Assembly: GCF_009914755.1 (NCBI RefSeq)
Contig: NC_060931.1
Direction: 5' to 3' (one strand)
DNA: 64,000 bases
From: the human T2T-CHM13v2.0 reference genome, Homo sapiens
In this document: positions 13,705 to 26,305 of the stretch, piece after piece
How positions within the stretch are numbered: position 1 is the stretch's first letter
Layout of the letters: the number at the start of each line of letters is the position of its first letter
Made by a program: the position numbers and the translations under genes
The notes under the pieces: generated by a model
Told to the model about the DNA's origin: nothing
Databases searched by the model: none
Seen by the model: the letters and a program-made list of their open reading frames with translations, nothing else

Positions 13705-14190
13705 CTCCAGAGAGCCTTCCAGGTAAAGCTCCAATCTCTTTGCATGGTGCCGTGAAGCCCCGTCCAGGCCATGTATCCATTTTGGATGTGGTCCAGGTTG
13801 CACACTGAGCTCCAGCCTGGCAGGTCTTGTTGCATGTGGCTGCAGCACCACCCTCTCTGGCTTAATGCTTTGTGCACCCTCTGTCTGGAAAGCTACTCCA
13901 TGCCTTTCCTTGTTCTCAAAGCTCAGCTCAACCATTTCTTCCTCTATAATTTTTGCTGACCCTGCTCCCCTGTTCATTTCACTGTTGAATAAGATGCCCC
14001 CTGTCCTTGTCCTGTGGCCTCCTGTTTTTCCGCTATTATAGGACTTAATGCACCACCTTGGAATACTTGCTTTGTGTTTCTGTATCTCCCACTGGGGAGC
14101 ACAGGCTCTGTCTTCTCTCTCTCCAACCCCTTTATGAGTCTCTCTGAGTTTCTTCCTTGTAATAGGTACTTGAGAAATATTTCCAAATAG
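13705..14190 (+). mobile_element. L2 3' region
   Basis: gctcagctcaaccatttcttcctct...ctcccactggggagcacaggctctgtctt. Confidence 0.55.
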
Positions 14191-14438
14191 AAGAAAGAAG
14201 GAAAGGAGAGAGGGAATTCTTGTGCCGTGAGGTGACTTTGTATGCCACCAGTACATATTTGTGACCACAAAGTGTGTTGTGGAACATATTCTCTTCCATA
14301 ATGGAGGTATGGTTAGAATTTAAGCCTTTTTAAAATTTTAATCTGGAGATGGACAGTTTTTCACTTCTCAGGTTGTTTATTTCCTAGCTGAGATAGATGT
14401 GGCTGGCTAGCCCTGTAGACTCTGACACTCAGCTACTG

Positions 14439-14716
14439 ACCACTGCAGTCCAGCTTGGGTGACAGAGTGAGACACTGTGTGCAAGGCCATTCTTGCATTG
14501 CTATAAAAGAATACCTGAGGCTGAGTAATTTATGAATAATAGAGGTTTAATTGGCTCACGGTTCTGCAGGCTGTTTAGGAAGCAAGATGCTGGCATCTGC
14601 TTGGCTTCTGGGGAGGCCTCAGGGAGCTTTTACTCATGGTAGAAGGTGAAGTGGGAATAGTCATATCACATGGCCGGAGCAGGAGCAAAAGAGGGGAGAG
14701 ATGCCACACACTTTCA
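14439..14716 (-). repeat. inverted copy of 13089-13372 (Alu 3' fragment plus MST 3' half)
   Basis: same Alu-MST junction gagtgagac(a/g)ctgtgtgcaaggccattcttgcattgctataaa in both copies. Confidence 0.9.
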
Positions 14717-16039
14717 GCTCTGTGCAGTGGTAACAATGAAAACAGCCTCTCGAGAGCAGAAGATAACCTGAAGTTGAGCCAATGCTGGAAGTCAAGGGCT
14801 GGGTCAGATGTCACCGGGTCTGGCATGGTGACCCAGCAAGAGGAGTCCAGCTCATCAAGAGTGAGGCTGTCCTGATGAAAGAAGAGAAAATGATCTTTGG
14901 GCCTGGGAAGCCAACCCAGCCTGAAACAAAAGGAGGGAGGTTTGCAGAGGCCATGACAAGAACAAATCCCAGCTCTTTTCATCGCATAATAGCTGCTTCC
15001 TCTGCCCAAGCCATCCCAAGGACAGAGTTAATGTTTCCAAGGCAGGAGCTCTGGCACTTATCATTTCCACTATGCCCTCCTGTCCATTTGCCTCTGGCTG
15101 CCCTTGGATTGAAAAATCACTTGAATTATTTTTATCTGTTCAAAGTAACATTTGGGAGAAGGGCCTTTTCTTTCTCTGACACTGTGTGTGCCTGTGCCTG
15201 TGGGTGCGAAATGCTGCTCAAACCACTAGCAGTTGATCTGACTTGTCCAAGTGCTCAATGTCTGTGGAGACGTGCACAAGAGGCAAGACAACGTTGAGGA
15301 AATATTTCTGAGATTTTTCTGGCCTGAGCAGACAGGACAAGGAGGCTCAGGTTTGCTGCCTTGTGGCCAACCAAGGACAGGGGCCCAGAACTCCAGGCTC
15401 CCGGTCCAGGGTTCTCACTTTTACCATGGGATGCCTCTCTTTGATTCACAAAATAAAGAATTTGTTATTATCCCTGTGGCTCCTAGTGGCGGGCTCAATA
15501 TCCCTTTAGCGGGTAAGTTATTTATATTGAAATGTGTTCCTGGGAGGTCACCATGAAGCCATATAAGCTGGAAGCCTGATTTAATTTATTGTTCCCTGAC
15601 TTCTCAGCTGCTGCTGGTTCCGCCATGGCCATTTTTGAAATGCCACATGGCCACTAATGTTCTGCATGGGCCACGGAAGCAGCTTTTACAGAGTGCAGCA
15701 TGGTGGATGACACAGACCTTGAGAAGGGCATGATCATGCCGTTGAGCCTGAGAGGCCCTCCCCAGCAACCACACCTCCTGCTCCTGTCCCCTCTGACCTG
15801 CTCAGTAAGACTACCCTAATGCGGATGGAACGCTACCAGGTCCCTGACACCATGCTGGGTGCTTTGCAGAGGTGACCTCATTTTACCTTCACAACAACCC
15901 AACAGAGGAAGTGTTTCCCTGGCCCTCCTTGTCCACAGCTGCAGACCTGCAGACTCAAATGGGCTCATCATTGCAGCAAACCTGTAGCAACACCAGGCTG
16001 TCATTCACATTTGTCTGATTCTTAAGCCCCTGCTGTATC

Positions 16040-16190
16040 CAGGCAGCATGATGAAGAGCAGGACTCTTCTGTGGGGAGTCACTCAACCCCTATGCATCAG
16101 TTTGCTCATCTGTAAAATGGAGATATTGTGAGGATGAAATTAATTAATAGACTAAGGTGCTCAGAACAGATCATGGTACGCATTTGATTG
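16040..16190 (+). mobile_element. MIR
   Basis: cagtttgctcatctgtaaaatggagat...gtgaggatgaaatt. Confidence 0.8.
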
Positions 16191-16259
16191 TGTTGTCAGT
16201 GAACCACAGGGCCAAAGTATGGATGTCTTGATGGTAATGTCTCTGAAAGATATCTTAAC

Positions 16260-16741
16260 CCCATTCACAAATGTGTCTGAGGTCTAAAAAGGAGTCCGTG
16301 TAGCCTCATCAGACCAATCCTGTTCAACTTTTATGTAACAAAGTTCTGGGTTGTTTTTCAGTCCCTGTGGCTGCCAAGTTGAAGGTCAGATAACCTGAGC
16401 ATGCCCAGATAAACCAAGTATGCATCCATGGATGGAACCTAAGGGCTTGAATTGAGGACCAGGGACTGAATTACACAGTGGACACAGCATAGCAGGATCC
16501 AGGATCCAATCAGATCCAGGCCTGGCATCACCCCATTGCAAGATCCAACCAGATTATGCCTCGTTACCCTCTGACTATAAAACCTGCCCCAATCCCCAGC
16601 TCGGCGAGATAGATTTGAGCATTTCCTCCTGTCTCCTTGCCCATTGGCTTGCAATAAACTTTCTCAATGCAAAAACCTGATGCTTCTATGTTTGGCTTTC
16701 CATTGCGCTCAGGCTAACAGACCCAGATTGGTTGGGTAACA
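16260..16741 (+). mobile_element. ERV solo LTR (LTR47-like); 5' boundary approximate
   Basis: TATA-like ctataaaa, AATAAA, 3' end ggtaaca. Confidence 0.6.
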
Positions 16742-16759
16742 CTTGTAAACCCTTGGGTG

Positions 16760-16940
16760 CTCAGAGCCCAGAATTAGGTTTCTAGTTGCCATTCTATTAT
16801 TCCTTAGCCATGTCATTTAAGTTCTCCAGTATCACCTGGAGAACTTAAAAGTAACACCAATCAAAATGCCTCAGTTTCTGTATCAGTCAGATGGTGACAG
16901 TGATCCCCATTCTGTTCACTTCACAAAATTGTGAGACAAT
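16760..16940 (+). mobile_element. MIR interrupted by a ~50-bp templated insertion
   Basis: gtcatttaa [insert] tgcctcagtttctgtatc. Confidence 0.55.
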
Positions 16941-17664
16941 GGCACCCTTGAACACTGAACAGCATTAAGTTCTGACTACGGGATGATGATGATAAAGAAA
17001 GACCAAGAAATCCACAGGGCCCAGAGTAAACTCACAACTCCCTGAGGGTGTCCCCTGGCCCTTTCTGTAGTATGTGCAACTGCTTAGTGTTCCCAGGTGT
17101 CCACAGCCACAACTACATATGGCACCTGAGAAAACCCAAATGCCTGCCAAGCCTTTTGCATGGGCCCAAATTGGCCAATTCCCCATTTCTCCTGCACTGA
17201 GTTGATGATACATGAGTGTAAGGAGAGAAATTGTTTTGCCCTTGGACTAGCAGGCTCTCATTTCCTTCCATCTTAGCCTCTATGATCTGCTGCTTAGCCT
17301 CCAAAGTCCAGCTCAAATGTTGCTTCCTCTGAGAAGGCTCACTTGCTCCTCTTCCTCTGTGTATAAATTTTTGTCCAGCTTGAGGAGATGAGAAAAGGAC
17401 TCCAGCATCCCAAAGTGAATATCAATCTCTCTGTGCATCAGAATCACCTGGGAGCTCCAAAAAATGATACATGGCTGGGTCCCACCCCAGTGATTTGTTT
17501 TTGATTGGTGTTACTTTTAAGTTCTCCAGGTGATACTCACATGCAGAGAGAGGCATTGAACACTGAACAGCATTAAATTCTGATTACGGGATGATGATGA
17601 TAAAGAAACATCAAGAAATCCACAGGGCCCAGAGTGAACTCACAACTCCCTGTGGGTGTTCCCT
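16941..17664. repeat. direct repeat, 16941-17056 and 17552-17664
   Basis: ttgaacactgaacagcattaa...gggatgatgatgataaagaaa...cacaactccctg in both copies. Confidence 0.95.
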
Positions 17665-18373
17665 ATGGGCATTGTTTCTTCCTCTGTGCTCCCTCATACT
17701 GGATCAATGCTTCGGGGTCCATGGAGAGCCAGGCCCAGAAAAAGCCAGCATGCCAATAACCCAGAATGGCTTGCCCCTTCAGGGTCCCCCACACAAAGCA
17801 AACTCCTAAGATCCCAGATGGGACAAAGATGAGGGGGCTTATGTGTATTATTTGTAGCAGCCATCAACCAAGTCTCTGTTTCCCTGGCAAGTCCCCTGAG
17901 GATTTGTTATCTCACATTTTCCCCCCAGTGAAGTCTATAATTCAGTTTTGGCTATAACTCAGTTCTTAAGTGAAAGCAGATGACATCCTCTCTGATTTCA
18001 CCCATGGGAATCAGGCACACTGAAGAAGACCCAATGGAGAAACAGTTTAAGTATAAGGATCAGCCAATGCCGTTGTTGAGGAGAAATAATGCTCCTAATG
18101 TCCAATACCTGGAAAGGGGATGCTTCCTTAACTGGTGACCAAACGTAAAATGGATCCTATCTTAGCCCAGTGGTACTCAACTCTGTCTGCATGTGAGTAT
18201 CACCTGGACAACTTAAAAGTAACACCAAATGAAAACAAATCACTGGGGTGGGACCCAGACATGTATCATTTTTTAGAGCTCCTAGGTGATTCTGATGCAC
18301 AGTGAGATTGATACTCACTTTGGAGTACTGGAGTCATTTTCTTATCTCCCAGAGCTGGACAAAAATTTATACA
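17360..18373. repeat. inverted repeat, 17360-17552 and 18181-18373 (MER5 body plus unique flank)
   Basis: reverse-complement match including the non-MER flank tgtataaatttttgtccagct. Confidence 0.95.
18168..18330. mobile_element. MER5A/B hAT-Charlie MITE
   Basis: cagtggtactcaa...tatcacctgg...ggtgattctgatg...tactg termini. Confidence 0.75.
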
Positions 18374-19469
18374 ATAAGGATTTTGTCCTACAGCTACAGA
18401 ACATAGGAGAGTCAGCATGCATTCTAGGCCATATCTACATCAGGCCAAAGAGTAGGTGAAGAGGTACCCTATTTCCATAAGGGTACGTATTGCAAAACCA
18501 GGCAGTTCAGGGGAAAGTATTATTATTCATGAAAATCAAATACCAAGAAACTGAAAGAATGCCAGAACAGAGAAGGGAGCTTCAGATTTCAGATCCAGTG
18601 ATTACTTCTCCTTCTTGGTAAGACAGAGTTAACTAATATGCATCCTGCCTGTCTCTTAGGGTGTTTATGACTCCTGAATAAAGATGTAGATATAGCACAT
18701 TAATAACTTATAGGACTTTGTATGACAGTGAATTATTATGTTGGATTAAAAGTTGTCACTGGTGTTTTGGGCAAAAGATATATTTAACATAAACAGAGTT
18801 GTGTGATAAAAATCCTTTTGTCATACTAACTTTCCTCTAGAACTACATATGTAGGTATCATCAGACCCAGCTTGCCAACATGCTGAAATCACTCCACCTC
18901 AATTTATTACAAAGTGAACCACACCAACGCAATTGTTTAACCTAACCCAAACAACTAGTGTTAAATAAAGGTGGGTTTTCTGCCTTAACCAAGCCCAACT
19001 GGAACCAAAAAGGCAAACACCTTGGTGGCAGGGCAAGTTCCCTACCAACATTTGTTAGCATAATATGTCTCTATCTCTTCCTTCTAACTAATTTGTCTTG
19101 GTCTAGACCTTACTGCAGACAAGCAGATGAGGAGGCTGAGTCAGAGCAGGGCAGGCTGAGAGACCTGAGCCTCTTAGAACCTCAACAACCTGAGAAATTT
19201 AAAGGGCCAGACCCAGGGAGGGGATAACAGAAGCGAAGCCATCCCTCCTCAGAGACCAAAACCACAAGGAGGCTTGAGCTTGTTCTCCTTCCAACTGAGG
19301 GGTCAGGAGATTCTGTCAACATCCAGAGCCGCCTTCTGTCCCCTTTTTCTTAAGTTTAAGGAAGCCACATGGTAGTTACCCAATCCCAACTTTATATCCT
19401 TAACTCAGCCCAACCCAGCTTTGATCCACCTGACTGGTGACCAGCAACATTGAGGCAGGGACACCTTAG

Positions 19470-20245
19470 CCGTATCATTAAGCTGCCACAACAAAATACC
19501 TGGGGTCCCCAAATAGCAGACATTTATTGTCACACAGTTATGGAGGATGGAAATCCAAGATCAAAGTGTTGGCCGGGTTGGTTCCTTTGGAGGCCTCTCT
19601 CCTTGGCTTCAGAAGGCCACCTTCTCCCTATATCCTCGCATGAACTTTTCTCTATGTGAGTGCATCCCTGATTTCTCTTTCTCTTCTTATGAGGACACCA
19701 GTCAGATTGGATTAGGGATCCACTCTGGCAAGCTCATTCTAACTTAATCACCTCTTGCTGTGGTTTGAATGTATCCCCCAAAGCTCATATGTTGCAAACC
19801 TAATGCCCAATGCAACAATGTTGAGAGGTGGGACCTTTAAGAGGACAGAGCCCTCATGCATGCATTAATGTTGTTGTCATGGGAGTGGATTCATTATCAC
19901 AAAGTAGATTTACTATAAAAGTGAATTTGGCCCTCTCTTGCCTTTCTCTGTTGAGTATGTTCTGTCACCATTCTGCCTTCTTCTATGGGATGACACAGTA
20001 AGAAGGCCCTCATAAGATGCCAGTACCTTGATATTGGACTTCCTAACCCCCAGAACTGTGAGAAATAAATTTCTTTTATTTATAAATTACTCGGTCTGTG
20101 GTATTTTATTATAGCAAGACAAAATGGACTAAGACACTTCTTTAAAGACTTTGTCTCCAAATACAGTCACATTCTGAATACTGGGTTGGGGGAGGGGAGG
20201 ACTTCAACCTATCATTCTTGGGAGAACATAATTCAACCTGTAATA
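19470..20245 (-). mobile_element. MLT1A/B LTR with nested MST
   Basis: ccaagatcaaagtgttggc...ctccaaatacagtcacattctg. Confidence 0.8.
19756..20136 (+). mobile_element. MSTC/D LTR
   Basis: tgctgtggtttgaatg...ggactaagaca; TSD cctct/cttct. Confidence 0.85.
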
Positions 20246-20867
20246 TCGCAGTCTCTGCAACTGCCTCTGACACCCCTTGGCTTGACTTTCCCTTCGTTAC
20301 AGTTTGGCCACTCATGCTTGTGTCCTGGCCTTATGGATTTGGCCTTTGGTCTTGGTCACTGATTTTGCCGAGTGCCCTCTCATCCGCTCTCAGACTTACT
20401 CCACTCTTGGGAGTCACAGAATAGAATCCCTCCTTCACTGTGACCCCTGGCCAGCATCTTAGATTGAGTCCCTCTTAGTTCTTGCAAAAAGGAATTTGGA
20501 CATTTTTCCAAGAAGCAGTAGCTCAAGTTACACACTCCTTGCTTCAACTTCATGACCCCTCTAGTCTTCCTGCAAGAGTTCTATAGTTAGGATGGGTAGG
20601 AGAGAAAGACCTAGGAGAAAATCAGTGGCCCTTTTGGCTGATTATTATTGGCAATGAGGGTGGCCTTCTACAGCTCCTTTTAAACTCTAGGAACCCAATC
20701 CCTGTAAGACTGAAGAGAGATCCAAAGAAAATGGCTGGGATAGTCATACATTTAGCTAGAATTATTCATGAATACACAAAGAAACTAGTTCTCAAAAGAT
20801 GTCTGATATGTTGATTGACAGGGAAGAGAAAGATGATACACTTAGGGAATCTGGAAATACCTTTGGA

Positions 20868-21430
20868 GTTTTTTTGGTTTAGGGGGAGTTTTTAGATTCA
20901 GAGGGTACCTCTGCAGGTTTGTTACATGGGTATATTGCATGATGTTGAGGTTTGGACTTCTAATGATCCCATCAGCCAAGTAGTGAACATAGTACCTGGT
21001 AGGCAGTTTTTTAAACTTTGCTCCCTTCCTTCCCTCCATTTCTTTCTCCCTCCTTTTGGAATCCCCAGTGTTTATTGTTCCATGTGTCCCTATTTTTTAG
21101 CTCCCACTTGTAAGTAAGAACATGTGGTATTTAGTTTTCTGTTTCTGGATTAATTCACTTAGGATAATGGCCTCCAGTTGCATCCATATTGCTACAAAAG
21201 CCATGATTTTGTTCTCTTTTATTGTTGCATAGTGGTGTATATCTACGACATTTTCTTTATCCAATCAACTATTGATGGGCACCTTGGTTTGTCCCATGTC
21301 CTTGCTACTGTGGGTAGTAGTGCTGTGGGTACAGGTGTCTTTTTGGTAGGACAATATATCTTCCTTTGGGTATATACCCAGTAATGGGATTGCTGGGTCA
21401 AATGGTAGTTCTGTTTTTAGTTTTTTCCCT
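20868..21430 (-). mobile_element. L1PB-like 3' end
   Basis: gcaggtttgttacatgggtatattgc...cccagtaatgggattgctgggtcaaatgg. Confidence 0.9.
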
Positions 21431-22545
21431 CAGAACATTTGTGGCAACCTCCTGATACCTCATCCGAGACAGGTAAAGCCAAAGCCACCAGTCCTAGGCA
21501 GGCTCTGTACATGGAGAAGTGAGATGATATGGGCCAGAAGGATGAGTAGTGAAGTACACCAAAAAGTCATTAACTAGTGTCAAATGAAGGTGGGTTTTCT
21601 GCCTTAACCAAGCCCAACTGGAACCAAAAAGGCAAACACCTTGGTGGCAGGGCAAGTTCTCTACCAACATTTGCTAGCATAATATGTCTCCATCTCATCC
21701 TTCTTACTAATTTGCCTTGGTCTAGACCCTATTGTGGACAAGTTGTTCACAAAAACATCTGGCTGCCATGCAAGAGCTACTTTGGCCTCAGGTGGGAATC
21801 TTCCAGCTTGGGGTGTACCTGCTTCTTTGGGAAAAGGGTGGGGAAAGTCATATTCATCTATTTATTTATTTAACAAGCATGAGTTAGTTATTATATTCTC
21901 AGTCTCCTTCTGGAGGTTGGGAAGAGGAAGATAAAAGGAACACTCTCTGTTCTCAAGAAGAAGCTTTAAGAGGCCCCTGAGAGATGGGAAAGACTGATGT
22001 CAGGTGGGCCATAGAATCAGGAAATCTCACATGTGTATACGTGTGCAGTGTCCAAGATCAGAGTGGTCTTGAGCCTTGAGCAAAGTGGACCCTCCAGGCA
22101 GCACACAAGGATAAAGGTGGTGCAAGCTCCAGGATGTGAGGGCAGGTTTGAATTCAAATGAGGCTCTTTCCCAGGAGACACAGGGTAGGATCGGTCCAAC
22201 AGCCCCCTGTAAACACACAAAGCCAGTCTCTGCACAATGCAGAATATGCCAAAATCTAGAGCTACCTGAGGTCCTGGGCTGGGGGAGACTTGGTACTTGG
22301 AGTGGACCTAGGCAACTGTGAGGTTCCTCTTAGATGGGCAAGCTGCTATGGGATATCCAAAGGTCAATCTGCCCCGTGCCTGTGGGGAATGCGTGTCCCA
22401 TCTGCAGGACAAGTTTCTCCATGGAGAGTCCCTCCAGCTTGATTCAATGATGAAATGCCTGGGGTGACCTAAAGTGGACGATTTTCTAAGATCCACCTAG
22501 GTGGCAACCTATGTGCTTTGGCTACAAAAGAGAACATTAAAATCC

Positions 22546-22700
22546 TAGCCAGGCATGGTGGCTCATGCCTATTGTCCCAGCCACTCAGGAGTTTGAGGCA
22601 AGAGAGTCACTTAAGCCCAGGAGTTCATGAGTTCATGACTAGCCTGAGCAACATAGCAAGACCCTGTCTCTAAAAGAAACAAATAAATAATTTAAAAAAA
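22546..22700 (+). mobile_element. FLAM/Alu monomer
   Basis: Alu monomer with A-rich tail. Confidence 0.8.
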
Positions 22701-22714
22701 ATTCTTATCAGAGG

Positions 22715-22752
22715 TGTATTGACCAGGATTGTCCAGAGAAACAGAACCAATA

Positions 22753-22787
<35 letters not shown>

Positions 22788-23171
22788 CATGTGTGTATGG
22801 CGAGAGAGAGAAAGAGAGAGCGAGAGAGACTGCCTTTAAGAAATTGTGGAGGTGCAAGTCCAAACTCTGTAGGGTGAGCCAGCAGGCTGGAGACCCAGGG
22901 AAGAACTGACATTTCAGTTCAAGTCAAAAGGCTGCCTGCTGGCAGAATTCCATCTTGCTCAGAGGAGATCAGTCTTTGTTCTATGCAGGCTTTCAGCTGA
23001 TTGGACAAGGCCCACCCACATTCTGGATTGTAATCAGGTTCAGTCAAAGTCCACTGATTCAAATGTCAATCTCATCCAAAAAACATCTTTTCAGAAACAT
23101 CTAGAAGAATGTTCAAGCAAATATATGGGCACTATGGCCCAGCCAAGTTGACAGATAAAATTAGCCATCAA
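22715..23171 (-). mobile_element. MLT2 (ERVL) LTR containing a (TG)n(CG)n/(GA)n tract
   Basis: tgtatt...ccagagaaacagaaccaatag...caagttgacagataaaattagccatca. Confidence 0.85.
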
Positions 23172-23224
23172 GAGAGTTCTACTATGCCCAATACAAAGGG
23201 AGGCCTTCTGCTTGCAATAAATCC

Positions 23225-23445
23225 TTTTCTGTTTGTTTGTTTTTTGAGACGGTATCATTTTGCTGCTCAGGTTGAAGTGCAGAGGTGCAACCATACCTCA
23301 CTGTAGCCTTGACCTCCTGGGCTCAAGTGATCCTCTTGCCTCAGCCTCCTGAGTAGCTGGGACTACAGGCACGAACTACCATGCCCAGCTAATTTTAAAA
23401 AATATTTTTCATAGAGACAGGATCTTGCTATGTTGTCCAGGCTGA
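23225..23445 (-). mobile_element. AluJ, 5'-truncated
   Basis: reverse right arm plus part of the left arm. Confidence 0.85.
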
Positions 23446-23743
23446 ATAAATACTTTTTAAGTTAAGGAATCAATCCCTTCATATTTATCAGCCACTTAGA
23501 AGCACAGTTCAGTGAATGTCAGAGTCCCTAAAGAGGGTCCAAATATTCCAGGACTTCCTCAGAGCTTCATGGAACAATTGTGATCCAACCAGATTTCTCT
23601 GCTTTGCTTCCTTCACAGACAGAACACGGGTTCCCTCAGGACTGAGGAGAGGCACCAGATGTCCTGTTTCTTCTCATCTGTGACTGCCCAGAGGACACAA
23701 GCCTCCCACTCAAGCTGGAGGTGTTTTTAAATATTTAAGAGAC

Positions 23744-24068
23744 TGCCAGGTGTAGTGGCTTAAGCCTGGAATCCTACTACTTTGGGAGGTCAAGGCAGGA
23801 GGATCGCTTGAGACCAGGAGTTCCAGACCAGTCTAGGCAACATAGAGAGACCCCCATCTCTACAATAAATTAATTAATTAATTAATTAAGCAAAAAAAAA
23901 TTTTTTTATAGTGGCACACACCTGTAGTCCCAGCTACTCAGAAGGCTGAGACAGGAGGAACACTTCAGCCCAGGAGTTCAAGGATGCAGTGAACTAGTAT
24001 TGCATCACTGCACTCCAGCCTGGGCAACAGAGTGAGACCCTGTCTCAAAAACCAAAAAAAAAAAAAAA
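23744..24068 (+). mobile_element. AluJ
   Basis: dimer; flanking atttaagag repeat. Confidence 0.9.
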
Positions 24069-24280
24069 TTTAAGAGGGTAGGTCTCATTTTAAGTGTTAT
24101 TACCACACACACAAAAAGCAAAGGGACACAAGGAAACTTTTGGAGGTGAGGGATGTATTAACTGGCAATGACATCACAGGCGCATGCATATGTCCAAACT
24201 CATCAAAATGTATACACTAGATTATGCAGGTATTTGTATATCAATTATACCTCAATGAAACTATTTTAAAAAGAGAAAAT
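24069..24280 (+). mobile_element. L1M 3' end
   Basis: aaggaaacttttggaggtg...tcaattatacctcaatgaa. Confidence 0.8.
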
Positions 24281-24289
24281 ATAGATTAC

Positions 24290-24677
<388 letters not shown>

Positions 24678-25037
24678 ATTGGGCAAAGCTGATGGGAGCA
24701 ACAGGGGCATAAGAAAGAGAAGCGCCCTCTTCCTCATGCAGAGCCTCTTGGGAAGTTGGCTGGCAACGCAGAAATGTGATCTGCAGAGCCTCAGCCAAAG
24801 CATCCCACAGCAAAATCTAGAAGGTGGGTGTGCTGAGAGATAACAGCTAAAGCGTTGTGCATTTGGGTTTTAGGGAGGCCATTCTGGATGCAGTGTAGGG
24901 AATGAATTGGATGGGGAGGGAGGCCAGTGAAGAGGCAGATGCTCTACCCCAGGAGGAGATGGTGAGAACCTAGGGTAAGGGTGAGAAGAGGTGAATGAAC
25001 TTGGGGCTCAAACCACCCAGTGGGTGTGGCATAGAAG

Positions 25038-26009
25038 TGGCAGAAAAGGGTCTTGATCCAGACCCCAAGAGAGGGTTCTTGGATCTCATGCAGGAAGGAA
25101 TTCAAGGTGAGTCACAGAGTGCAGTGAGAAGAGATGGTTTATTGAAAATTACTCCATTAGAGAGTAGGATGTCCTCAGATAGCAAGAGGAAGAATGCCCC
25201 GGCTTTATTTTAAGTTTTTCTTATACAGGAGTCTTGTCTATGTAAAGACTACACTAAGCTGTGTCTGTGTGCAGATGGGCTGACAGCATGATGAAATTTA
25301 TTATTCTATTGATTTAAAGACACTTATTTGTATTAGTCTGTTCTAGTATTGCTATAAAGAAATACCTAGGACTGGGTAATTTATAAAGAAATAAGCTTTA
25401 ATTGGCTCACGCTGTAAAGGAAGCATGATGCTGGCTTTGCTTGGGTTCTGGGGAGGCCTCAGGAAACTTAGGATCATGGAGGAAGGGGAAGGAGAAGCAG
25501 GCACCTCTTACACAGCCAGAGCAGGAGCAAGAGATGGTGTGAGAGATGTGACACACTTGTAAACAACCAGATCTCGCGATAACCCACTCACTACCATGAG
25601 AATAGCATTGAGGAGATGGTGCTAAACCATTCATGAAGGATCCAACCCCATGATCCAAGCACCTTCAAACAGGCCCCACCTCCAACATTGGGATTACAAT
25701 TGAACATGAGATTTGGGTGGGGACAGAGATCCAAACCATATCACTATCCTTGACATTTCGTGTGTAAATACATCAAAGCATAACTATAATGATCTTGAAA
25801 GGTATATATTGTTACGGGTTTGGGGACATTTGGACTTTCTGTTGTTGTAGGAGTTTGTCCTTGCAGACATTGCTAAGCTGCTCCCTTAGCTGCAAACGTC
25901 TTAGAACCATGGGTCATGACTGGCAAGGAATGTGTCTTATTAGTCTCAAGATGCAGTTGAACTGGAAATGGCATTACTCTGGCTCTTCTAAGCTCCTGCT
26001 TCCTTAACA
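25038..26009 (-). mobile_element. ERV1 solo LTR (MER41/MER57 group)
   Basis: gatccagaccccaagagagggttcttggatctc; TG/CA ends; 4-bp TSD gaag. Confidence 0.8.
25329..25743 (-). mobile_element. MSTA/B LTR nested in the ERV1 LTR
   Basis: tgtattagtc...caaaccatatca. Confidence 0.9.
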
Positions 26010-26305
26010 GAAGGAGAGATGAGAATCAAGGGTGAACTCTGCACACCTACATGGGCAGGATGAGCAATGTAGTACTGTTCCCATCATTAGTGCACATAGC
26101 AGGAAAATAAAGAATAAGAAAAAATGAGGGAGAAAGGAGAAGAAGAATACGAACAGTTATTCTACCTCTGCTTGTCAACTGCTGAGAACAGGAGGTCATT
26201 TCTTTGCAAGACATGCCATTCTAATGTTAGCTTTAAATGCTAACAACTTTGTCCTTTTACAGAAGAAACAACTGCCTTTCCATAATTTCTACACACAGGT
26301 CCTAA

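Larger units (their letters stand above)
18953..21742. repeat. direct repeat, 18953-19123 and 21572-21742
   Basis: 171 bp, ungapped, 12 mismatches (about 93%). Confidence 0.97.

Noticed and set aside
13636-14268. Longest ORF (210 aa, minus strand)
   Set aside because: Overlaps L2/LTR remnants, no recognisable domain; consistent with a chance ORF.
16397-16406. p53 response element gagcatgccc in the LTR
   Set aside because: Only one good half-site; the adjacent decamer does not fit RRRCWWGYYY.
18958-21873. Two similar ORFs (GGFSALTKPNWNQKGKH...) as duplicated exons
   Set aside because: Starts are GTG, similarity ends at the duplication boundary, and there is no splice or domain evidence.
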